Source: an uncultured Chitinophagaceae bacterium (GTDB lineage: Bacteria > Bacteroidota > Bacteroidia > Chitinophagales > Chitinophagaceae). Taken from it: a stretch of 31,661 nucleotides of DNA. A program made the translations under genes and the position numbers. Under the pieces are notes generated by a model. It worked only from the letters and a program-made list of their open reading frames with translations, had not been told where the DNA came from and did no database searches. Every line of letters begins with the position of its first letter. The first letter of the stretch is position 1. Shown here piece by piece: positions 19,745-27,443 of this stretch. Location: contig CAYVXB010000001.1 in the NCBI GenBank assembly GCA_964454275.1, forward strand, positions 1 to 31,661, given 5' to 3'.

Positions 19745-21241
19745 TTAAGATACAATATATTGCTGTAATTGATCGGCAATCATTCTATCATTACTCAATC
19801 TTGGCACTTTATTTTGTCCCCCTAGTTTCCCCATTGAACGCATATAATCAATAAAAGCATTTTTCTTCAAAGGAGTTATATGTAATGGTTGCAGAATATT
19901 TCCTGTAATTAAATCATTGTAATAGATATTTTTTTCTCGCAAATATTGATTTACTTTTTGAGCAAATGCTTGTATGTTATTAGGTGCTTGTTCAAATTCA
20001 ACAAACCATTCATGATACAATTGGCCTTTACCTTGTTGAATCATAGGAGCTACCGTAAATTCAATAATATGAACATTTTCTTCTGTTGCTGCTTTCATTA
20101 AACTATATTCTACCTCTTCGGCAATAACATGTTCTCCAAAAGCAGAAATAAAATGTTTTATACGACCCGTAACTATTATTCTATAAGGATTAGTGGAAAC
20201 AAATTTTATAGTATCACCAATATTATACCCCCACAATCCAGCGTTGCTATTAATGATAAGTGCATAATTTTCTCCAATCGTAACATCTTTTAAAGAAACC
20301 CTTGTTGGTTTTTCATTAAAAATTTCATTGGCTGGAATAAATTCAAAGAAAATACCAGAACGTGTATTTAATAATAGACCTTCTGCCTGTTGCGAATCTT
20401 GAAATGCAAAAAAACCTTCTGATGCAGGAAACGTTTCAATAGTAGATATCTCACTTCCAATACTATGCAATAACTTAGCTTTGTAAGGCTCGAAATTCAC
20501 CCCGCCGTGCACTAATACAGAGAGATTCGGAAATATATCTTTAATTTTCTTACCTGTTTTTTCCATTAATCGATCAAAATACATTTGCATCCATGGCGGT
20601 ATCCCACTAATCAACGTCATATTTTGATGAATTGTTTCTTCTACAATTTTATCAAGCTTTGTTTCCCAATCCTCCATACAATTGGTTTCATAACTGGGCA
20701 ATTGATTACTACGTAAGTATTTAGGTATATGATGATTTACAATTCCACTTAACCTTCCTGTAGGTATACCACCAATACGTTCTAATTGCGGGGAGCCAGA
20801 TAAAAAAATCATTTTACCGTCTGCAAATTGTGCGTTTCCAGTTTCTGCCATATAACACAACAATGCGTTTCGAGCCGTATCAATATGATTGTGTATAGAT
20901 TGTTTGGTTATAGGAATATATTTTACTCCACTAGTTGTTCCACTGGTTTTGGCAAAATAAATTGGCTGACCTTTCCATAATATATTTTGTTTTCCTTCTT
21001 TTATTTTTTCGATATACGGTTTAATCGTTTCATAATCTCGAATAGGAATAGCCTTTTTAAAATCTTCATACGTTTGTATTTCTTTTAAATGGTGCTCCTT
21101 TCCAAATTCTGTATGCATGCCGTGTTTAACTAAGTCCTTAAAAAGGACTTCTTGGTCCTCCACGGCCGTACTCATACTTTTTCGAACCTTGCCATATATA
21201 TAGTTTGCAAAGGGTTTTGCTAAAAAAGATTTTATTTTCAT
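19745..21241 (-). CDS. GH3-family (auxin-responsive-like) acyl-acid amido synthetase homologue
   Basis: AKTSGTTSGVKYIP, FPASEGFF, YNIGDTIKF, ITGRIKHFISAFGEH and KLGGQNKVPRL motifs. Confidence 0.9.
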   Translation of the reverse strand: MKIKSFLAKPFANYIYGKVRKSMSTAVEDQEVLFKDLVKHGMHTEFGKEHHLKEIQTYEDFKKAIPIRDYETIKPYIEKIKEGKQNILWKGQPIYFAKTSGTTSGVKYIPITKQSIHNHIDTARNALLCYMAETGNAQFADGKMIFLSGSPQLERIGGIPTGRLSGIVNHHIPKYLRSNQLPSYETNCMEDWETKLDKIVEETIHQNMTLISGIPPWMQMYFDRLMEKTGKKIKDIFPNLSVLVHGGVNFEPYKAKLLHSIGSEISTIETFPASEGFFAFQDSQQAEGLLLNTRSGIFFEFIPANEIFNEKPTRVSLKDVTIGENYALIINSNAGLWGYNIGDTIKFVSTNPYRIIVTGRIKHFISAFGEHVIAEEVEYSLMKAATEENVHIIEFTVAPMIQQGKGQLYHEWFVEFEQAPNNIQAFAQKVNQYLREKNIYYNDLITGNILQPLHITPLKKNAFIDYMRSMGKLGGQNKVPRLSNDRMIADQLQQYIVS

Positions 21242-21267
21242 GCGTCTAATATGTTAAACCAATGGTG

Positions 21268-21275
21268 CAAATATA
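21268..21275 (-). promoter_or_regulatory. Bacteroidota sigma70 -7 element (TATATTTG) for the GH3 run
   Basis: Consensus match 26 nt upstream of the GH3 start. Confidence 0.6.
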
Positions 21276-21317
21276 GGCTTAAGGCTGCTAGCGGCTTTAC
21301 ATAGAAAGTATTTTTTA

Positions 21318-21347
21318 TTGTTTAAATAAGAAAAAATGCTACCTTTG
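21318..21347 (+). promoter_or_regulatory. Bacteroidota sigma70 promoter of rplU (TTG-N19-TACCTTTG)
   Basis: TTG at 21318-21320 and TACCTTTG at 21340-21347 with 19-nt spacing; places the start at ATG 21369 rather than 21336. Confidence 0.8.
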
Positions 21348-21368
21348 CCGTCCAAAATTTTATATATT

Positions 21369-21674
21369 ATGTTCGCAGTTGTAAAAATAGCCGGTCAGCA
21401 ATTTAAGGTGCAAGAAGGCCAAAGTTTATATGTTCCACATATAGAAGGCAAAAATGGAGATAAAGTTGATTTTTCTGAAGTATTACTTGTAGAAAAAGAT
21501 GGTAAGATAAATGTAACCAACAATCCAAAATCAACCGTAAAAGCACAAATTATTAGTGCTTTAGTAAAAGGCGATAAAGTAATCGCTTTCAAAATGAAAC
21601 GAAGAAAAGGATTCAGAAAAAAACATGGTCATAGAACACAATACACGCACATTAAAATTGAAGCTATTTCTTAA
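21369..21674 (+). CDS. rplU: 50S ribosomal protein L21
   Basis: MFAVVKIAGQQFKV...KGDKVIAFKMKRRKGFRKKHGHR. Confidence 0.98.
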   Translation: MFAVVKIAGQQFKVQEGQSLYVPHIEGKNGDKVDFSEVLLVEKDGKINVTNNPKSTVKAQIISALVKGDKVIAFKMKRRKGFRKKHGHRTQYTHIKIEAIS

Positions 21675-21752
21675 CAATGAGTAGTTAATCTTTGATAATA
21701 GCTGGAACAAAAAATTATCAATTAAACATTATCAACTATCAATTAAAAAAAC

Positions 21753-22019
21753 ATGGCACATAAAAAAGGTGAAGGCTCGGTAAAAAATGGACGCGACTCA
21801 CAAAGCAAAAGATTAGGTGTAAAAATATATGGTGGTCAGCCCGTTATTGCAGGCAACATTATAATTCGTCAACGTGGTACAGTTTATCATCCTGGCAAAA
21901 ATGTTGGCATAGGCAAAGACTTTACTTTGTTTGCATTAACAGATGGTATAGTAGAATTTAAAAAAGTAAAAGGAGATAAAACACAAGTTTTTGTACAAGC
22001 TGTAAAAGCTACTGCTTAA
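21753..22019 (+). CDS. rpmA: 50S ribosomal protein L27
   Basis: [24 protein letters not shown]. Confidence 0.99.
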   Translation: MAHKKGEGSVKNGRDSQSKRLGVKIYGGQPVIAGNIIIRQRGTVYHPGKNVGIGKDFTLFALTDGIVEFKKVKGDKTQVFVQAVKATA

Positions 22020-22091
22020 AAAAAATTTTTGTAGTTGTCAAATTTGTTTTTATTTTCACACTATATTTATTAACCATTAAATTCTAAAAAC

Positions 22092-22202
22092 ATGGCAACT
22101 AAGAAAAAAGCTGCTCCTAAAAAGAAAGCCGCTGCTCCTAAAAAGAAAGCCGCTCCTAAAAAGAAAGCTGCTCCTAAAAAGAAAGCTGCTAAAAAGAAGT
22201 AA
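22092..22202 (+). CDS. Small Lys/Ala/Pro-rich histone-H1-like protein (36 aa), absent from the ORF track
   Basis: Translated by hand: MATKKKAAPKKKAAAPKKKAAPKKKAAPKKKAAKKK*; the same AAAAAC-ATGGCA start context as rpmA; terminator directly downstream. Confidence 0.85.
   Translation: MATKKKAAPKKKAAAPKKKAAPKKKAAPKKKAAKKK
22101..22199 (+). repeat. Tandem ~18-bp coding repeat (AARAAGAAAGCYGCTCCT-like units)
   Basis: Five KKKAA(A)(P) units plus a final KKK, with synonymous GCT/GCC variation. Confidence 0.85.
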
Positions 22203-22215
22203 GCATCTTTAGAAT

Positions 22216-22251
22216 AAATAAAAAGCCCCAATATATTGGGGCTTTTTATTT
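22216..22251. terminator. Bidirectional intrinsic terminator (perfect 36-bp palindrome)
   Basis: AAATAAAAAGCCCCAATA/TATTGGGGCTTTTTATTT between the convergent microprotein and MFS genes. Confidence 0.9.
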
Positions 22252-22268
22252 TCCTTCTATTGTACTTT

Positions 22269-23852
22269 TTATTGGTTTGTTTTTAAAATATTTTTAACTC
22301 GTATAGCAAAAAAAGCTAAGTAAGCAAAACATAAAACGGCTATCCAATAAGATTGATGAATACCAATGATATCAGCTATTTTACCTTGTATTGGAGGAAT
22401 AATGGCGCCACCTAATATCATCATAATTAAAAACGCAGATCCTTGAGAAGTATACTTTCCTAATCCTTCAATTGATAAGGCAAAAATGCAAGGCCACATA
22501 ATAGAACAAAATAATCCCCCACTTAAAAAAGCATATACCGATATTGTTTTATCTGCAGCAAATAAACCAATCAATACAGCAATGATGCCAAGCATGCTAA
22601 ATATCAACAATGTTTTTGCAGGTTTTTCTTGTCCATAAAAAAAACCAATAATAAGTATAGCCACACAAATGGCATATAAATAAAATGCACTCATATCATA
22701 ACCACTAATCGTATTAACAAGCAATACCAATCCGAAAGCCGCATAAGGAACTATAATAAATAAAATGTTTCTCCATTGTTTAGTTGGATTAAAAACCGTT
22801 ATAGCACCTGCCCAGCGACCAATCATCAAACTTCCCCAATACATGGATATGTATGGTGAGATTTCTGATTCTTTTAAATTTCCGAAATCCGGCGTTTTTA
22901 ATAGTGCGCCTAAATTACTTTGTATAGTTACTTCAACACCCACATACATAAATATGGCTAGCATGCCTAACAACAATTGTGGATACTGCATAGCACCCCA
23001 TCCAGTTGTGTTGCGTTGTGCAGAATAATGTGAAATAAATAATGCAAATACTACAACTAAAAACGCAAGCATTAAAAAATAAAAATCGATATGCGCTATT
23101 CTGATATTGGGTAATGATGGAATAAAATTGCTTGCCAATACTAATATTGGAGCAACACTTATACATAGTAAAACACGAATAGCTTTAGGAGATCGTTCTA
23201 AAGTATCATCACTTTTACCTTTAGGTAATTTTTTAGAAAATAAAAAAAATAAGGCTACTCCTAAAAAAAGCAATCCTACTAAAATGTATAATAAATTAAT
23301 TTTTGAAATATCACTAACAGTTGCATAGGTGATACTTCCAAATAATATAAAACTTACTACAATTGGTCCAACAGTGGTGCCAATAGAGTTTATGCCTCCG
23401 GCTAAGTTTAGTCGATGAGCGCCTTGTGCCACATCGCCCAACGCAACTACAAAAGGTTGTGCAGCCGTTTGCTGTAATGAAAAACCTAGACCTATGGTAA
23501 AAAAAGAAAATAAAATAAATGTAAACGATCCGCTGTGTACAGCAGGTATCATTAATACAGCACCTATAACAGAAATCAACAAGCCATATACAATAGCATT
23601 TTTATATCCCCATTTGTTTAAAATATCTCTTTTTTTAACAATAGAAAAAAGATACAATCCCAAAGAACCAAAAAAATAGGCCCCATAAAAAGCAAAATCT
23701 ATTAATTGCGATTGAAATTGCGATAGCGTAAAATATTTTTTACAAAAGGGAATAAATACACCATTGCTGGCTGCAATAAATCCCCAAAAAAAGAAAACAG
23801 TTATCAAGGTAGCTAAAGCACCTTTATTTGTAGAAGAAGATGGTTGACTCAT
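22269..23852 (-). CDS. MFS sugar:H+ symporter (FucP/GluP family)
   Basis: [38 protein letters not shown] and [10 protein letters not shown] motifs; ATG at 23852 preferred over the upstream TTG. Confidence 0.9.
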   Translation of the reverse strand: MSQPSSSTNKGALATLITVFFFWGFIAASNGVFIPFCKKYFTLSQFQSQLIDFAFYGAYFFGSLGLYLFSIVKKRDILNKWGYKNAIVYGLLISVIGAVLMIPAVHSGSFTFILFSFFTIGLGFSLQQTAAQPFVVALGDVAQGAHRLNLAGGINSIGTTVGPIVVSFILFGSITYATVSDISKINLLYILVGLLFLGVALFFLFSKKLPKGKSDDTLERSPKAIRVLLCISVAPILVLASNFIPSLPNIRIAHIDFYFLMLAFLVVVFALFISHYSAQRNTTGWGAMQYPQLLLGMLAIFMYVGVEVTIQSNLGALLKTPDFGNLKESEISPYISMYWGSLMIGRWAGAITVFNPTKQWRNILFIIVPYAAFGLVLLVNTISGYDMSAFYLYAICVAILIIGFFYGQEKPAKTLLIFSMLGIIAVLIGLFAADKTISVYAFLSGGLFCSIMWPCIFALSIEGLGKYTSQGSAFLIMMILGGAIIPPIQGKIADIIGIHQSYWIAVLCFAYLAFFAIRVKNILKTNQ

Positions 23853-24008
23853 AAAATATTGTAATAAGGCTACAATATAAATAAAATAGTGAAAAAAAGC
23901 CACCTTCGTGGTTAAAATAAATTGCTTATGCAACAAAGTGTATTATTTTATTGCCAAAGAGTCTTGTCGAAGGATATTTCCCGAATAGGTCTATTAAACT
24001 ATTTTTTT

Positions 24009-24035
24009 AAAGCTGCATGTGTTTGCGGCTTTTTT
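24009..24035 (+). terminator. Terminator-like hairpin with no upstream + strand CDS
   Basis: AAAGCTGCA-TGTGTT-TGCGGCTTT (one G.U pair), T-run 24030-24035. Confidence 0.45.
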
Positions 24036-24040
24036 ATTTG

Positions 24041-24081
24041 TATATCTGTAAACCAAAAAATCTATTAGCTTTACAGATATA
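24041..24081. repeat. Perfect 12-bp inverted repeat with 17-nt spacer
   Basis: TATATCTGTAAA (24041-24052) and TTTACAGATATA (24070-24081). Confidence 0.8.
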
Positions 24082-24116
24082 TCAATTATTGGTAACACAT
24101 CAGCAACTATATATTC

Positions 24117-25199
24117 ATGTCTACACATTTTCATACCCTTACTGTAAAAGAAATTCAAAAAGAAACAACCGATTGTGTTTCTATTGTATTCGATGTCCCA
24201 ACTCATTTAAAAAATGATTTTGCTTTTACACAAGGTCAAAACATTACACTTAAAACAATTATTGGAGGCCAGGAATTAAGGCGCTCTTATTCTATTTGTA
24301 GCAGTCCGTTTGAGAATGAATTGCGCATTGCTGTTAAAAAAATAGCTAATGGCGTTTTTTCAACTTATGCTAACACTGTTTTGCAAAAAGCGGATGCCAT
24401 TGATGTACTTCCTCCTACCGGTAGATTTTTTACACCTCTCTCTCCCAGTAATAAAAAAAAGTATATTGCTTTTGCAGCAGGCAGTGGTATAACACCCATA
24501 TTATCTATTATAAAAACAACACTTATTACAGAGCCTCAAAGCACTTTTACGTTGGTGTATGGCAATCAAAATAGATCATCTATTATTTTTAAAGAAAGAT
24601 TGGAAGCAATTAAAAATAAATATATGGAACGATTTGCCGTTCATTATATATTGAGCAAGGAGCACACAGATAGCACACTTCATTATGGTCGTATAGATGC
24701 TGACAAATGCCACCAACTATATAACACTGTACTAAAAAATGATTTATTTGATGAGCATTTTATTTGCGGCCCTGCCCCTATGATTTTTTGCATTAGAGAT
24801 TTTTTATTGTCAAAAAATATTGCCACACATAACATTCATTTTGAACTGTTTAATACACCGGAAGATGTTGCACAAAAAAGCGATATTACACATCAACATA
24901 ACAACCAAGCAAGCGAAAGCAGCCAGATTACCATTAAATTGGATGGAACCGCTGTATCTTTCCCCTTATCGTATAATGGTGATAGTATTTTAGATGCAGC
25001 ACTCGAACAAAAATTAGATTTGCCTTATGCCTGCAAAGGCGGGGTTTGTTGTACCTGTCGTGCTAAATTAGTAGAAGGTGAAGTAGATATGGACACAAAT
25101 TATGCTCTGGAGCCAGATGAAGTGGCCGCCGGATTTATTTTAACATGTCAATCGCACCCAAGAAGTGCACACGTAGTTGTTGATTTTGATATTAAGTAA
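24117..25199 (+). CDS. paaE: PaaE-like FAD/NAD(P)H-[2Fe-2S] reductase (phenylacetyl-CoA epoxidase reductase family)
   Basis: RRSYSICS, AAGSGITP, ICGPAPM and C-terminal ferredoxin ACKGGVCCTC...LTCQSHP; the actual pathway is unproven as paaABCD are not in the window. Confidence 0.8.
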   Translation: MSTHFHTLTVKEIQKETTDCVSIVFDVPTHLKNDFAFTQGQNITLKTIIGGQELRRSYSICSSPFENELRIAVKKIANGVFSTYANTVLQKADAIDVLPPTGRFFTPLSPSNKKKYIAFAAGSGITPILSIIKTTLITEPQSTFTLVYGNQNRSSIIFKERLEAIKNKYMERFAVHYILSKEHTDSTLHYGRIDADKCHQLYNTVLKNDLFDEHFICGPAPMIFCIRDFLLSKNIATHNIHFELFNTPEDVAQKSDITHQHNNQASESSQITIKLDGTAVSFPLSYNGDSILDAALEQKLDLPYACKGGVCCTCRAKLVEGEVDMDTNYALEPDEVAAGFILTCQSHPRSAHVVVDFDIK

Positions 25200-25214
25200 T
25201 TAAACAGTATAAAA

Positions 25215-26231
25215 ATGCAATCCATTAGCAACCATTTATTGAAACAGCTATTTTATATAGCAGTTATAATTGTATTGGGTATTATATTGTTTTGGCAGAT
25301 GGCCATATTCATTCCTAGTTTATTGGGGGCTATTACCTTTTATGTGCTCATGCGTAGAGCAATGCTTTTTTTAACAGAGAAAAAGAAATGGAAAAAGGGG
25401 CTAACTGCAATGGTTTTAATCTCCCTATCCTTTATTCTATTTTTAGTGCCTCTTATGCTGGTTGTCAGTATGTTATCATCTAAAATTGGCTACGGCATTG
25501 AACATTCTAACGAAATAATACAAATCATAAATAACAAAATAAGTATACTAGAAAGCAAACTAGGGTACACGCTGATAACGAAAGAGCATATGAGCGGTTT
25601 ATCTAGTTGGATAGCCAATAATTTACCCGCTTTATTAGGATCTACATTTAATTTTCTTACTATTATAAGCATCATGTATTTTATTTTATACTTTATGCTT
25701 ATGGGTAATCGAACAATGGAAAAAGATATATTGAAATATGTTCCGCTTAAAAACAAAAACGTATCCTTATTAAGTAAAAAATTTTTCAATATTATTTATT
25801 CCAATGCCATTGGAATTCCGCTTACAGCTATATTTCAAGGCATAGTGGCCACAATAGGCTATTGGGCTCTTGGGGTTAGTGACTTGTTTTTTTGGTTTGT
25901 AGCAACCTGCCTAACTTCTGTTATTCCAATTGTGGGAGCAAGTTTAACCTATATATCTATTTCGCTTATATTTTTTACAAACGGTGCAACATGGAAAGGC
26001 ATAGTATTACTGGGTTATGGCTTTGGAGTGGTAAGTACGTTGGATAGCTTTTTTAGGTTTGCCTTACAAAAAAGAATGGGAAATATTCATCCTCTTATAA
26101 CCTTATTTGGAGTAATTATCGGCATTAATCTTTTCGGGTTTATTGGAGTAATTTTTGGCCCATTGCTTATTTCATTATTTATTCTACTTATCCATATTTA
26201 CTCCAACGAGTTTGAACCCCACCAAGAATAA
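25215..26231 (+). CDS. AI-2E family transporter
   Basis: Multi-TM; IPIVGA, VSTLDSFFR and IHPLITLFGVIIGINLFGFIGVIFGPLL signature. Confidence 0.9.
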   Translation: MQSISNHLLKQLFYIAVIIVLGIILFWQMAIFIPSLLGAITFYVLMRRAMLFLTEKKKWKKGLTAMVLISLSFILFLVPLMLVVSMLSSKIGYGIEHSNEIIQIINNKISILESKLGYTLITKEHMSGLSSWIANNLPALLGSTFNFLTIISIMYFILYFMLMGNRTMEKDILKYVPLKNKNVSLLSKKFFNIIYSNAIGIPLTAIFQGIVATIGYWALGVSDLFFWFVATCLTSVIPIVGASLTYISISLIFFTNGATWKGIVLLGYGFGVVSTLDSFFRFALQKRMGNIHPLITLFGVIIGINLFGFIGVIFGPLLISLFILLIHIYSNEFEPHQE

Positions 26232-26295
26232 GCCTCTAGCATAACGTTGGGGTATTCTATTTGGCATTTGTTCATTTGTTATAGATATCTTTATT

Positions 26296-26340
26296 ATGCC
26301 GACCCTTCCTTCGTCAGAGTAAACTGCGGAGGCATCTCTC
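26296..26340. repeat. Degenerate REP-like GC-rich hairpin
   Basis: ATGCC...GGCAT outer stem enclosing CCTTCCTTCGTCAG-AGTAAA-CTGCGGAGG; resembles Bacteroidota REP elements as I recall them (no search run). Confidence 0.4.
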
Positions 26341-26439
26341 AAAATAATAAAACCCTTATATAGTCGGAGATTTCTAGCTATGGTAAAGATTTAAGTGCTG
26401 CTAAAAAAGAACAACTAGCCATGGCAGAAAAAGTATAAA

Positions 26440-26624
26440 ATGGTAAAATTGCTATGTTTCATGGCAAATTTGCCATTTTTTACATCCAACTATTATGTAT
26501 AGATAGCTTTTTTGCCATTTTTTTTAACAAATTTGCTATCCAAAATAGGATTTTATACGTTTACTCATAACAAATTTGCCATCCATCATAGAAAAATTGT
26601 TATTTAAGAAAGCAAAATTGCCGC
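26440..26624. repeat. Phased array of 16-bp palindromes, 21-bp period (consensus ATRGCAAATTTGCYAT)
   Basis: Units start at 26440, 26461, 26503, 26524, 26567, 26588 and 26609; the unit at 26461 (ATGGCAAATTTGCCAT) is a perfect palindrome. Confidence 0.85.
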
Positions 26625-26793
26625 AAATAACTACTGCTGGTTTTTTGCCTCTTCGATAACATACACCACACTGCTGATTTTGCAAACTAAAATATACGAT
26701 GTGTGATGAAACAACCTGCACTACAAAGCATAACAAGTCTATACTACTAAATTAGACTGCTCCGTTCCTAGCAGTAACGTAGAATATTAAAAT

Positions 26794-27438
26794 CTAAAGG
26801 ATGTAAATACTTAGTACTTGGCTAAGCACCCCAATGAATATTCCTAACCCTATTTCAAAAAGTGTATGCTCCTTCAATAACAATCGAGCCGTACAAACCA
26901 TGCCACACAATAATACAGCAATGCTAATGGGCAGTCCTATAGCCATTCCAGACCATATGGCTAAATGAACAAAAAAACTGACTGCTCCAGCCAATCCTAT
27001 TGCATGCATACTGATTTTAACAAAGCTGTTTAATACAAGTGCCGCAGCACTTGCTATAAAGATGCCTAATAGAAATTGAGTGAATGGCACAGGGTTATCT
27101 AACTGATTGCGAGAAATATAATATGCCCAAAAAAAGAATGTATTTGTTGCCACATAAGGAATAATGCGTTCCTTCTGGGTTTTAAGTTCAATAGATTGTA
27201 TAAATTTTAAACGCCATAATAGAAAAACAGTAATGGCAGGAAATAGCATGGTATTAATGCCTATGGCAATCAGTTTTTTTATTTTATCACTATGGGATAA
27301 GCCGATAAAAAAATAAGGTTGCACATACAATAAATAACAAGTAACAAATACTGGAATAAATAAAGGATGAAAAATATAAGATAACAGTTTCGATCCTACA
27401 TATAAAGCTTTTGAATGGGTGGCTTTTAATTCATTCAT
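26794..27438 (-). CDS. Integral membrane protein (PAP2-like superfamily), downstream of rpoN
   Basis: SYIFHPLFIP, KERIIPY, KISMHAIG and ARLLLKEHT motifs; 5-nt gap after rpoN. Confidence 0.7.
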   Translation of the reverse strand: MNELKATHSKALYVGSKLLSYIFHPLFIPVFVTCYLLYVQPYFFIGLSHSDKIKKLIAIGINTMLFPAITVFLLWRLKFIQSIELKTQKERIIPYVATNTFFFWAYYISRNQLDNPVPFTQFLLGIFIASAAALVLNSFVKISMHAIGLAGAVSFFVHLAIWSGMAIGLPISIAVLLCGMVCTARLLLKEHTLFEIGLGIFIGVLSQVLSIYIL

Positions 27439-27443
27439 AATTC

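Noticed and set aside
21232-21259. ATATGTTAAAC as a dif XerD arm
   Set aside because: No XerC arm at the correct spacing; it overlaps the GH3 start.
21715-21745. TTATCAATT / TTATCAACT / TATCAATT mini-repeats between rplU and rpmA
   Set aside because: Low-complexity A/T-rich translation-initiation region; no evidence of specific function.
26232-26438. Peptide fragments resembling a TonB plug (LRDASAVYSDEGRVGII, minus strand) or PurD C-terminus (SSYGKDLSAAK, plus strand)
   Set aside because: Short, no start codon, mutually incompatible, and largely explained by the REP-like hairpin.
26440-26624. Array as CRISPR
   Set aside because: Spacers are only 5-6 nt, the units are degenerate and there are no cas genes.
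26440-26624. Array as sigma54 promoters (contains TGGCA and TTGC, near rpoN)
   Set aside because: GG to GC spacing is 7 nt, not the required 10, and no gene starts here.
26440-26652. Array as a heptad-repeat protein (MVKLLCF/MANLPFF/...)
   Set aside because: The frame hits a stop in the third unit and shifts near 26566; palindromy is better explained by DNA-level selection. Not fully excluded.
26536-26736. 66-aa minus-strand ORF over the array
   Set aside because: No recognisable motif or start context; it overlaps the repeats and is probably spurious.
26232-26793. Classical DnaA-box oriC or dif site
   Set aside because: No close TTATCCACA match (best candidates have 3 or more mismatches), only two TAG trios near 26743-26750, no XerC/XerD arm pair; skew could not be judged by eye.
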